Shown here in pieces: positions 8,921 through 17,600 of a DNA stretch of 64,000 bases. The notes below the pieces were generated by a model. That model was given only the letters and a program-made list of their open reading frames with translations, did not search any database and had not been told where the DNA came from. This stretch comes from Candidatus Nanoarchaeia archaeon. GTDB taxonomy: Archaea > Nanobdellota > Nanobdellia > Woesearchaeales > GW2011-AR9. Every line of letters starts with the position of its first letter. The first letter of the stretch is position 1. The DNA lies in NCBI GenBank assembly GCA_035288985.1, contig DATDYP010000015.1, forward strand, positions 27,119 through 91,118. Reading direction: 5' to 3'. The translations under genes were made by a program, and so were the position numbers.

Positions 8921-9979
8921 CTAAATCCATCTTCTCTTTCGGAAATACAACAGCAGAAAGAGAACTATAATCAGCATCCCGCTCATCACCGCATAATACC
9001 CATATTCCCAAGCCAATGCTGGCATGAACGCAAAATTCATACCATACACTCCAGTAATGAAGGTCAAGGGGATGAAAATGGCTCCAATGATAGTCAAGAC
9101 TTTCATGATTTCGTTGGTTCTGTTGTTGACGCTGAACAGATAAACTTCCATCATGCCCGCAAGAAGATCACGGAAGGTTTCGATAGTATCCATGATCTGG
9201 ATAGTATGGTCATAGACGTCTCGTAAATAAATAGCTGTGGTCTTTTTAAGAAGCGCCGACTCTGAACGCATCATCCCGCTCACCACTTCCCGCAGCGGCC
9301 AGATGGAGCGTTGCAGCAAGATCGTTTGTCGTTTAAGCTGATGCATGATCTTAATGGTTTCAGCGGTAGGCCGGCCGATGGACTCTTCTGCTTCCTCTAT
9401 CTGTTCCTCTAGTTTTTCCAAAACGGCAAAGTAATGGTCAACGATGGCATCAATCAAGGAATAGGCTAGATAATCTGGCCCGCGTTTTCGTAATTTTCCT
9501 TTGTTTTCTCGTATTCTTTTCCGGATCGGATCAAAAATGTCACCTTCAATTTCCTGAAAAGAGATGACAAAATTTTTGCCGATGATAATGCTGATCTGTT
9601 CGGTCGTTACTTGTTTTTTATCGTAAGAGAGCATCTTGAGGATGATAAAAATATGGTCTTCGAACGTCTCTATCTTCGGCCGTTGTTCATTGTTCATAAT
9701 GTCTTCTAACAGGAGCGGGTGAAAACCGAAATGCTCCCCTAAATCATGGATGATCTTAGAATCATGAATTCCATCGATGTTGATCCAGGTAATGCTTTTC
9801 TTCTGCCGAAAGGGGAAGCATTCTTCTGCATTTTGCGCTACCTTCTCTTCAAATTTGGTTTCGTTGTAATCAATAATAGAGATTTTTGGCGTATGTCTCT
9901 TAGCTTCTCCAATGTGCATTAACGTACCGGGCGGAAGTCCTGCTTTTTCTGATCTGGCAGAAGTGACCATGCCTTGCAC
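8921..9979 (-). CDS. corA: CorA-family magnesium/cobalt transporter
   Basis: GVYGMNFAFMP (YGMNF signature) between two C-terminal TM helices, with the typical cytosolic N-domain. Confidence 0.9.
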   Translation of the reverse strand: MQGMVTSARSEKAGLPPGTLMHIGEAKRHTPKISIIDYNETKFEEKVAQNAEECFPFRQKKSITWINIDGIHDSKIIHDLGEHFGFHPLLLEDIMNNEQRPKIETFEDHIFIILKMLSYDKKQVTTEQISIIIGKNFVISFQEIEGDIFDPIRKRIRENKGKLRKRGPDYLAYSLIDAIVDHYFAVLEKLEEQIEEAEESIGRPTAETIKIMHQLKRQTILLQRSIWPLREVVSGMMRSESALLKKTTAIYLRDVYDHTIQIMDTIETFRDLLAGMMEVYLFSVNNRTNEIMKVLTIIGAIFIPLTFITGVYGMNFAFMPALAWEYGYYAVMSGMLIIVLFLLLYFRKRRWI

Positions 9980-10077
9980 GGCGATGTGGAGTTTTATAAT
10001 GATTTCGATGGCAGAGTGTATGAAATAGACTCTTTTTTTTATATGTCAGATTTTTGTAGTTTACAAATCCTTTAACG

Positions 10078-10216
10078 CTTTTATGAAACCCTCCCGTTCG
10101 CACCATTCCCAGCAGTAATCAACTATACTAACGGCCATATCTCTTGAAGGGAATGGCACCATTGTCTGACGATTGGTATAGTGCTCACTGGCCAATTGGC
10201 GAGGGTTTCATAAAAG
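10078..10216. repeat. 139-bp palindromic element with perfect 16-bp terminal inverted repeats
   Basis: CTTTTATGAAACCCTC (10078-10093) is the exact reverse complement of GAGGGTTTCATAAAAG (10201-10216). Internal arms also pair (GGGAATGG / CCATTCCC, GTATAGT / ACTATAC). Lies between corA and ORF 10272. Confidence 0.6.
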
Positions 10217-10271
10217 CCAACCTTTAAGCAACATTTATTAACCAAAAAAAAATCCTTCTATCTGAAATTAC

Positions 10272-10940
10272 ATGAATATCTTCCTGATCAATGATAAGGC
10301 TCTCAGCAAGGGAGATAAGGTTCAACTGGGTATCTCATACTTCTTGCAGGCGACCTTAATTGTCGCTATTTTCTATTTTATCTATCACCAGGACTGGGTC
10401 AACACCTTTCTCACTTCAGGTATTTTCATCCTCACCTCCCTGCCGGCGCTCTTCAGGAAAAGCTATAAAGTGCGCCTGCCGGTGGAACTTGATTTTATAG
10501 TTATCCTGTTTATCTACGCCGCTCTTTTCCTCGGAGAAGTTCATGGATATTATACCAAATTCTGGTGGTGGGATATCCTGCTGCATGCCAGTTCTGGAAT
10601 ATTATTCGGTATCGCCGGTTTTTTATTGGTGTATATCCTCAACCAAGAAAAGAAAGTCCGGCTTCATCTCAAGCCCTTCTTTATCGGCCTGTTTTCTTTT
10701 GCTTTTGCTAATGCTTTGGGTGTCCTCTGGGAGATCTTTGAATTTGCCATGGACAGTTTCTTTTCCCTGAACATGCAGAAATCAGGGCTTGTAGATACGA
10801 TGTGGGATTTGATTGTCAATGTTTTGGGCTCGTCATTTATTGCTGTTTTTGGTTACTTTTATAGTAAAAGTAATGCCTCCTTCGTAAAAAATCTTGTGAA
10901 TCATGTCGTCAGAAAGAAAATTCTCTTCTGGAAGCCGTGA
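10272..10940 (+). CDS. Integral membrane protein (about 6 TM), family not recognised
   Basis: Hydrophobic segments throughout, for example ATLIVAIFYFIY, GIFILTSLPALF, FIVILFIYAALFL, GILFGIAGFLLVYIL. Confidence 0.6.
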   Translation: MNIFLINDKALSKGDKVQLGISYFLQATLIVAIFYFIYHQDWVNTFLTSGIFILTSLPALFRKSYKVRLPVELDFIVILFIYAALFLGEVHGYYTKFWWWDILLHASSGILFGIAGFLLVYILNQEKKVRLHLKPFFIGLFSFAFANALGVLWEIFEFAMDSFFSLNMQKSGLVDTMWDLIVNVLGSSFIAVFGYFYSKSNASFVKNLVNHVVRKKILFWKP

Positions 10941-10973
10941 GTTATGAAGCAATACTTTAGCTTTCTGAAGAGA

Positions 10974-11268
10974 CAAATAGGGGCTTGGCCTACAGTTGCC
11001 AAATCTGCTAAACCATTCGCAAGAGATAGCTAAGTGCGAAAATCTTTGATAAGAAGATTAACCTTACTGCTATAATCACAAATAATTTTCGCCAGATTTG
11101 GCTGGCCTGCCCCTATTTTTCTCATTGAGAAGTCAAAGCCGTCTTGGCCAGTAAAATCTACCGAGCCTAGATATTAAAACAGAATTTGATAGGCTCGGAA
11201 CTTAACTTTGACTAAAGTATACATAGTAGATTTTACAAAACGAGGCCTAGACGACGCCTTTGACTTCA
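10974..11268. repeat. Highly structured intergenic region: two adjacent long-stem modules. Either a repeat-family member or an unassigned ncRNA.
   Basis: Module 1 pairs AAATAGGGGC (10974) with GCCCCTATTT (11109), and GCCAAATCTG with CAGATTTGGC. Module 2 pairs GAAGTCAAAG (11129) with CTTTGACTTC (11259), GTAAAATCTAC (11151) with GTAGATTTTAC (11226), and CCGAGCCTA with TAGGCTCGG. Shares TCTACCGAG and GAAAAGTC..GCC..TTGGCC words with the element at 49702. Confidence 0.5.
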
Positions 11269-11326
11269 AGAACCTAGTATTATGTTATGAAGATACTTTT
11301 TTAAAGCAATTCCTCTTTCTTTTCCT

Positions 11327-12124
11327 ATGGTTGTTTTTGAAGGTGTGAAAAAAAAGGAGCTGGAAAAACTCTCCTTCTCCCAAGAGAAAAGCAAGACCAT
11401 CTATGAAGACCTTCGCCTTACCCATAACGGCGTTACGCTGATATTATATACTACCGGAAAACTTCTCCTGCAAGGCAAGGCCGATGCCGTGGAAAAAGTA
11501 GCAAAGAAATTGCAGAAAGCAGGTATCGGTAAACTTGCTGCATCCGATCATTTCAGAAATGAGGCTGGCTGGGTCATCGGCACGGATGAATCGTTGAAGG
11601 GAGATACGTTTGGCGGCTTGGTTGTTGCTGCCGTGAAAGCTGATAGCAGCTTGCGTAAGAAACTCGTAGAGCTAGGCGTTGCAGACAGCAAGAAATTGTC
11701 AGATCCGGAAATATTTCCGATGGCCGAAAATATCAAAAAAATTGTCCCGTGCGAGATAAAAAGCGTCCTGCCTGAAGTGTATAACAGTTTTGGTTCAGTG
11801 ACGCATCTTTTGAACAAGCTGCATCAGGAAAGTGCCCACTACTTATCTCCAGGCAAGCATGTGGTTGATAAATATCCTGGCTGTATTGTTGGCGACATTC
11901 AGGAAGAGAAAGCTGAATCAAAATATGTGGAAGTTGCTGCCGCCTCGGTCCTGGCCAGAGCAGCAGCTCTGAAGCAGCTCGATTATCTTAGTATTGAGGC
12001 AGGGTTCCGCCTGCCCAAGGGAAGCACCCACGTTACCTGGGCCTTGCGCGAATTACAAGAAAAAAAGCTGCCGTTCAGGAAATTTGTAAAAATTGAATTT
12101 AGGAATGTTAAAGAATTTTTATGA
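11327..12124 (+). CDS. RNase HIII-like protein (TBP-like N-domain plus RNase H type 2 core)
   Basis: The N-domain GVTLILYTTGKLLLQG resembles the RNase HIII N-terminal domain. Core: GTDESLKGDTFGGLVVAAV, LGVADSKKLSD, AESKYVEVAAASVLARAA, LPKGSTHV. The first G of the DExGxG motif and the usual KAD aspartate are substituted (L and E). Confidence 0.55.
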   Translation: MVVFEGVKKKELEKLSFSQEKSKTIYEDLRLTHNGVTLILYTTGKLLLQGKADAVEKVAKKLQKAGIGKLAASDHFRNEAGWVIGTDESLKGDTFGGLVVAAVKADSSLRKKLVELGVADSKKLSDPEIFPMAENIKKIVPCEIKSVLPEVYNSFGSVTHLLNKLHQESAHYLSPGKHVVDKYPGCIVGDIQEEKAESKYVEVAAASVLARAAALKQLDYLSIEAGFRLPKGSTHVTWALRELQEKKLPFRKFVKIEFRNVKEFL

Positions 12125-12155
12125 GTTCCTTACTGTTTTTATGTAGTGCAGATAT

Positions 12156-12165
12156 CTTTATAAAC
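12156..12165 (+). promoter_or_regulatory. TATA-box-like element (CTTTATAAAC) upstream of HIT gene
   Basis: Ends 20 nt before the ATG at 12186. Confidence 0.45.
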
Positions 12166-12185
12166 ATTGAAACGGTTATAATTAT

Positions 12186-13085
12186 ATGGCTCCAGGCATG
12201 CCGCAGCTGACGGAAGAACAGCGCAGGGAATTGGAAGAGAAGCTCAAAAACATGTCTCCTGAGCAGCTCAAAGAGTTCCAGAAAAAACAATGCATCTTCT
12301 GCCAGATTACAAGCGGCAAGGTTCCTAGCAAGGCTGTGTATGATGATGCAGTCTGCCTTGCTGTTCTGGACATTAACCCTGCCGCGAAAGGGCATCTTCT
12401 TCTCATCCCAAAAGAACATTATGCCATCATGCCCCAGGTTCCTGACGAAGTCTTGAAGTATCTGTTTCTCATCGCCCGGCATTTTTCGCAAATCATGCTT
12501 AAAGCACTCAGGGCTGACGGCGTCAACCTCTTTGTTGCTAACGGTCCGGCAGCAGGACAGCGGGCGCAACATTTCATGATCCATGTCATTCCACGCAAGG
12601 AAGGGGATAGTCTACTTGCTATTGATGAAAAATTGATTGACCACGAGCTCATTGCAAAAATTAAGTCCGTGCTTGAACCAGCTTTAAAATCAATCCTGGA
12701 AAAGGGCGGGGAGAAAAAGCCGGAATTAAAGCGGGAGAAAAAAGCTTCTCCGGAAGAGCAACGAAAAGAAGAACCTGAGCATTTCATCACCAGTGCTACG
12801 GCAAAGAGATATCATAAAGAAAAATGTCCTTTTGCTCAGAATATCCCTGCTGGGAGCAAAGTCGTTTTTAGCAAAGAACAAGCTCTTCAATCTGGAAAAG
12901 AGCCTTGCACCTGCGTTACTGGCAGGAAAATTCCTCTGAAAAAACCTCCGGAGGGAGCAACGGCAAAAGAGAAGGAACCAGAGAAGAAAATGAAATCGGA
13001 AGGAATGAAGGAAAAAACGAAACGAGAAGAAGCAGAAAATACAGAAGACGTCAGCCTGGATGATATTGCTGACTTGTTCAAATGA
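12186..13085 (+). CDS. HIT-fold protein with degenerate histidine triad, fused to an Ada-like YHxxxC...PCxC metal-binding motif and a K/E-rich tail
   Basis: HIT N-half: CIFCQITSGKVPSKAVYDDAVCLAVLDINPAAKGHLLLIPKEHY. The triad position reads QHFMIHVIPR (H-x-M-x-H instead of H-x-H-x-H). C-terminal RYHKEKCPFAQNIPAGSKVVFSKEQALQSGKEPCTCV. Confidence 0.7.
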   Translation: MAPGMPQLTEEQRRELEEKLKNMSPEQLKEFQKKQCIFCQITSGKVPSKAVYDDAVCLAVLDINPAAKGHLLLIPKEHYAIMPQVPDEVLKYLFLIARHFSQIMLKALRADGVNLFVANGPAAGQRAQHFMIHVIPRKEGDSLLAIDEKLIDHELIAKIKSVLEPALKSILEKGGEKKPELKREKKASPEEQRKEEPEHFITSATAKRYHKEKCPFAQNIPAGSKVVFSKEQALQSGKEPCTCVTGRKIPLKKPPEGATAKEKEPEKKMKSEGMKEKTKREEAENTEDVSLDDIADLFK

Positions 13086-13113
13086 TACTGCATAACTTGA
13101 TACTGGGAGAACT

Positions 13114-13656
13114 ATGAAATGCGAATACTGCGACATCGTGAACAGGGAGAGCAAATCAGAACTGCTCTATGAAGATGCTGATCTGATTATTGCTATCAAA
13201 GATACTGTTCTTACTCCCGGTCAGGTCACTATCTTCCCGCGGCAGCATTTCACAATCTTGGAAATGGTCCCGGAAGAGATTCTGCAGAAGTGTTTTGTCT
13301 ATGCCAATAAGGCCGGCATGGCAGTCTTTGAAGGCTTGCAGTCGCAGGGAACGAATATTATCGTGCAGAACGGTCTCGGCGCTGGCCAGAAAGTGCCACA
13401 TTTTGCCATTGAAGTGATTCCTCGAACTGAAGGGGATGGTTTGCAGCTGCAGTGGCAGCCTAAGCAGCTCATGGAAGACGAGATTGAAAATGTTTTTGCA
13501 ATCCTCAAAGAAGAAGCAGGGAAGATCGATCTTCAGAAGAAGAAAAAGGCTGAACAGGAGAAAGAAGTTGTTGTTAAAGATGAAAAGACGGAGATGAAAG
13601 TCGTAAAGGAAAAAGGGGAAAATTATCTGCTCAAGTCGTTGAGAAGAGTGCCGTGA
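13114..13656 (+). CDS. HIT-fold protein, second paralog, with degenerate histidine triad
   Basis: CEYCDIV...LYEDADLIIAIKDTVLTPGQVTIFPRQHF. The triad position reads PHFAIEVIPR (H-x-A-x-E). K/E-rich tail. Confidence 0.7.
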   Translation: MKCEYCDIVNRESKSELLYEDADLIIAIKDTVLTPGQVTIFPRQHFTILEMVPEEILQKCFVYANKAGMAVFEGLQSQGTNIIVQNGLGAGQKVPHFAIEVIPRTEGDGLQLQWQPKQLMEDEIENVFAILKEEAGKIDLQKKKKAEQEKEVVVKDEKTEMKVVKEKGENYLLKSLRRVP

Positions 13657-13679
13657 TCGGGAGAACAGGAATGATTATC

Positions 13680-14216
13680 TTATGGCGCAAACTTTAACTC
13701 TTTAATAGAATTAAGATTTATTCCATATTTCTTATAAACATCTGTCGTGTTTATTGATGTTGCTTTAGATACTGCAAAGCCAAGTTTTTTAATCATCATC
13801 TCCACGTTTTCTTTTGATTTTCCTTCAATCTCTAAATACGGGGGGATGTGCGGCCAAAAGTCAATCTCAATCTCAACATTATTTAAAACGTAACTTATAC
13901 GTTTGTTTTCCTGATATCCTTTGGCAATAAATCCCAGTTTTCCCAGAAAAAGATGTGTTTTTTCAAAATCATCAACCGAAATCTCCAGTTCTTTTGTCCC
14001 CTCGATGGTGTCATTTTTGATCTCTTTAATGGTGACTGTGGTTTTTGCACCATCAGTTCTGAGCCTGATCCAGGAATTTTTTCTTTTTGGCTTAAAATCA
14101 TAGACAAACCTTTTCTGCATTTTCTCGCCAACTTTTCTAGCCCCTAAAGCATTAAGTTTTGAGATGACTTTATCAACATCTATTTCTAATATTTTTGCTT
14201 CAAATTCGGTTTGCAT
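13680..14216 (-). CDS. CYTH-domain protein (CyaB/ThTPase-type triphosphate tunnel metalloenzyme)
   Basis: N-terminal EFEAKILEI (ExExK signature), WIRLRTDG, TVTIKE, LEIEGKS. The 178-aa size is typical. Confidence 0.75.
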   Translation of the reverse strand: MQTEFEAKILEIDVDKVISKLNALGARKVGEKMQKRFVYDFKPKRKNSWIRLRTDGAKTTVTIKEIKNDTIEGTKELEISVDDFEKTHLFLGKLGFIAKGYQENKRISYVLNNVEIEIDFWPHIPPYLEIEGKSKENVEMMIKKLGFAVSKATSINTTDVYKKYGINLNSIKELKFAP

Positions 14217-14328
14217 ATCTTACCAGAAAGGTCTTATTATATAAATTGTTATGGCCAGAATCACGGCTTTTTCTATATTGTCACTTGTTTCATTAAGTTT
14301 ATATATTCTCTTTTTGCGGAATTAAAGT

Positions 14329-14856
14329 ATGGGATACATTACTAAGTTGGCACCTATTGTACTGGCAGCAGGAATTTCCAGTTGCAATACACCAGCGCCA
14401 AAAACGTTGATGGATTATGATGCTGAACATATTTTTCTCCTTCCCCTCCCTAATGAAGAAGGGGTTGTTTCAGTTTTACAGAATGACATCGGCTGCAGCA
14501 AGGCTGTGGTAACAATGGATCGTTTTGGTTATAAAATTAGTTGCGATGAACACCATTATTTTGAGTACAGCATTCTTAGTTCAGATACTCTACTTAAATG
14601 GGGTAATCTGAGATACGCAGATGTCAATTTTATTGCAAATGAGGCGGCTGCCTTAATTAAGGGTGACTGTTTAGATGGAATTGTTTATGCAGTTACCCCG
14701 AATAATGAACTGGGTTTTCTGAGCGATGATCTTCTGGAAGTAACCGACCAAGTAAAAAGAGAGTACACAGAAGGATTATCTATACTTCAACAACAAAAAG
14801 TTCACCAAGCATGGCAGTTGCGTTGGCTTGGCGATAAAAATAAATGTCCTGAATAA
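14329..14856 (+). CDS. Putative lipoprotein, hypothetical
   Basis: N-terminus MGYITKLAPIVLAAGISSCNTP (hydrophobic core plus a lipobox-like ISSC). Confidence 0.5.
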   Translation: MGYITKLAPIVLAAGISSCNTPAPKTLMDYDAEHIFLLPLPNEEGVVSVLQNDIGCSKAVVTMDRFGYKISCDEHHYFEYSILSSDTLLKWGNLRYADVNFIANEAAALIKGDCLDGIVYAVTPNNELGFLSDDLLEVTDQVKREYTEGLSILQQQKVHQAWQLRWLGDKNKCPE

Positions 14857-14912
14857 TTCTTAACGCTTATTCTACATAATCTTTATATAACAACCACCAT
14901 CCTATTGTGTTG

Positions 14913-17528
14913 ATGGAAATACAGTTTTACCCCTATGATTTTGAGTACCAGGTAGAAGACGGCACGACGTACTTTCATTTCTTTGCAAAACAGGAAGATG
15001 GGCAGAAAATAGTGGTAAAACATCCCTACCGCCCGTATTTCTATGTCTCCTTGGAAGGGGTTGATACCACTCTCTTCACCCCAAAGCTGAACGGTCTTAT
15101 CGTCGACAGCGCTGCTGTTACCGCTTGGGAGGAAGTGGAGAAAGAACTGGTAGGCAAGAAGAGACATTTCTACAAGATCTTTGTCAATTACCCTAAAGCA
15201 GTTCCAGTCATTTCTAATAAATTACAATCTTGGGGCGTGGACTGCTACGAGACAGATATTCTTTATGTGCACCGCTACCTTCGCGACCATGCCTTGCTGC
15301 CGATGAGCTTGACAACGGCTCGCGGCGCTTTTGTTGAGAAGCACAATGTCAAAATAGGACTGGGCGGACCATCGGTCAATAGACCGATGGCATGTTCGCT
15401 TTCGCTCACCGCCCAGCCTAATTTTGAGCACGCAAGTATTCCACAAATAATTAGTGGTTTGCTTGCAAACCACCATTCATTAGAATGGTGGAATACTCCG
15501 CGTTTCAAAGTGCCGCTCTTCCTGGCAGAGGAAGTAGCGCAGAAAGATGCAGCGGCAAAAGTAGACTGGAAGATCCTTGCTGTCGATATAGAAACATATT
15601 CTGTCCGGAAAGAGATCGATAGCCTCAGGAATCCAATTCTGATGATTGCTCTGCGGGGAAAGGACTATCAGAAAGTGATCGCCTGGAAGAAATTTAATCA
15701 CGATTTAGACTACCTGGAGATTGTCGCTGACGAGGCTGCAATGCTGGAGCGCTTTAAAGAAATTATTCACGAACAGCAACCAGATATTCTTACTGGATAT
15801 TTCTCTGATGGGTTTGACCTGCCTTATATCAAAGCGCGGGCGGATAAGCATAATGTCCGGCTCGATCTAGGCTTGGATCATTCTGACATGGTGGTTATCT
15901 CCAAGACCGGATCGCGGAGCGGGCAGGCTGCCATCAAAGGAATTCTGCACCTTGATGTTCTTAAATTTATCAAGAATATTTTTGGAAAAAATCTCAAGAC
16001 TGACAGCTATTCGCTGGACAATGTTTCTAGAGAATTACTGAATCACCAAAAACATGAAGTTAACCTTGACGAGTTGTCAACAGTCTGGGATAGCCGGCCG
16101 GAAGAGCTGGGGAAGTTTTGCGCGTACAATCTTCATGATGCCTATCTGACCTATGAATTATGCCGTAAATTACTCCCTGACATGATTGAATTTACTACCA
16201 TCACCGGCGTGCCCACATTTGACGTAATACGCATGAGTTTTTCCCGCTTGGTGGAAAGTTATATCATGAAACGCTCCATGGAATATGGCGTTCTTGCTCC
16301 TAATAAGCCGGGGAATGAGGAGATCAGCCAGCGGATGGATGAGTCTATCCAAGGAGGCTATGTTTATCAGCCAACTCCCGGTTTGTATCAGGATGTAGTG
16401 GTGTTTGATTTCCGTTCCTTGTATCCAACGATCATCACTGCTCACAACATCAGTCCAGAAGCGTTCCGTTGTTCTTGCTGCAGCAGCAATACCGTTCCCG
16501 GCAAGGAGCAGTACTGGTTCTGCCGGCGGGAAAAAAGATTCATCTCCTCGGTCTTGGAAAACCTGATCATCAAGAGGGTGGAAGTAAAGAATCTCATCAA
16601 GGAAGCAAAAATATCAAAAAAGAAAGATGAAGATACAAAACTCCTGGAAGCGCGTTCCTATGCACTCAAGATCTTGGCAAATTCCTTCTACGGCTACTTA
16701 GGCTTTTATGGAGCGCGGTGGTACTGCCTGGAATGTGCAGCCTCAACGACTGCCTATGCACGTAACTATATCAAGACTACCATTGAAACGGCGCAGAAAA
16801 AAGGCTTTACCGTAATCTATGCGGACACGGATTCCTGTTTTCTGCTCCTGGGTAAAAAGCAATTGCAGGATGCAATGGAGTTTATGGACAGCATTAACAA
16901 AGATCTGCCTGGACAGATGGAGCTGGAATTTGAAGGGCATTTTTCACGGGGCATTTTTGTCGCCCAAAAAGGAACGGCTATGGGAGCAAAGAAGGGAGCC
17001 AAGAAAAAATATGCCCTCATTACTAACGACGGCGCGCTGAAAATTACCGGTTTTGAATCAGTGCGGCGAAACAGCTCAGACTTGGCGAAAGAAGTGCAGC
17101 AGACCGTCCTTCGCTTAATTCTGCAGGATAAAATTAGCGATGCTCTTGCCTATGTTAAAAAAATCGTTGCTGAACTGAAGAATGGCAGGGTGGAGTTAGG
17201 GAAGCTGGTCATCAAGACGCAGATCACCAGGGAATTGTCGCACTATGCTTCGGTAGGACCTCATGTCAAGGTTGCCAGAGACATGGCTGCCAGAGGGGAT
17301 CAAGTCGGAGCTGGAACCTTAGTCAGGTATATTATTGTCAAAGGTTCTGGGCTTGTCCGGGAGAGGGCAAGAATACCTTCTGATGTTGCGGAAGGCGGCT
17401 ATGATGCTGACTATTATCTGAAACACCAGCTGATTCCGTCAGTGTCGGGTATCTTTGCTGTGTTAGGATATTCAGATGATGAGATCTTCAGCAAAGCCAG
17501 CCAGAGAGGCTTAGAGACGTTCTTTTGA
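14913..17528 (+). CDS. polB: Family B DNA polymerase
   Basis: Exo I ILAVDIETYS, Pol A FRSLYPTIITAHNISPE, Pol B KILANSFYGYLG, Pol C VIYADTDS. ATG at 14913 is preferred over GTG at 14907 because CTTTATATAAC ends 22 nt upstream. Confidence 0.9.
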   Translation: MEIQFYPYDFEYQVEDGTTYFHFFAKQEDGQKIVVKHPYRPYFYVSLEGVDTTLFTPKLNGLIVDSAAVTAWEEVEKELVGKKRHFYKIFVNYPKAVPVISNKLQSWGVDCYETDILYVHRYLRDHALLPMSLTTARGAFVEKHNVKIGLGGPSVNRPMACSLSLTAQPNFEHASIPQIISGLLANHHSLEWWNTPRFKVPLFLAEEVAQKDAAAKVDWKILAVDIETYSVRKEIDSLRNPILMIALRGKDYQKVIAWKKFNHDLDYLEIVADEAAMLERFKEIIHEQQPDILTGYFSDGFDLPYIKARADKHNVRLDLGLDHSDMVVISKTGSRSGQAAIKGILHLDVLKFIKNIFGKNLKTDSYSLDNVSRELLNHQKHEVNLDELSTVWDSRPEELGKFCAYNLHDAYLTYELCRKLLPDMIEFTTITGVPTFDVIRMSFSRLVESYIMKRSMEYGVLAPNKPGNEEISQRMDESIQGGYVYQPTPGLYQDVVVFDFRSLYPTIITAHNISPEAFRCSCCSSNTVPGKEQYWFCRREKRFISSVLENLIIKRVEVKNLIKEAKISKKKDEDTKLLEARSYALKILANSFYGYLGFYGARWYCLECAASTTAYARNYIKTTIETAQKKGFTVIYADTDSCFLLLGKKQLQDAMEFMDSINKDLPGQMELEFEGHFSRGIFVAQKGTAMGAKKGAKKKYALITNDGALKITGFESVRRNSSDLAKEVQQTVLRLILQDKISDALAYVKKIVAELKNGRVELGKLVIKTQITRELSHYASVGPHVKVARDMAARGDQVGAGTLVRYIIVKGSGLVRERARIPSDVAEGGYDADYYLKHQLIPSVSGIFAVLGYSDDEIFSKASQRGLETFF

Positions 17529-17600
17529 TTTTCAAGATTTAAGGGCAAACGAGAATAACAAACCACAAAGAATTTAAACTCCCACTTAACTGGAAGATGG

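Noticed and set aside
10974-11268. Assignment as RNase P RNA or SRP RNA
   Set aside because: The conserved CR-I/CR-V (GAGGAAAGUCC, ACAGAA adjacent to the P4 3' strand) and SRP helix-8 motifs are absent or in the wrong topology. Partial word matches to the MITE-like family offer a simpler explanation. It is kept only as an unassigned structured region.
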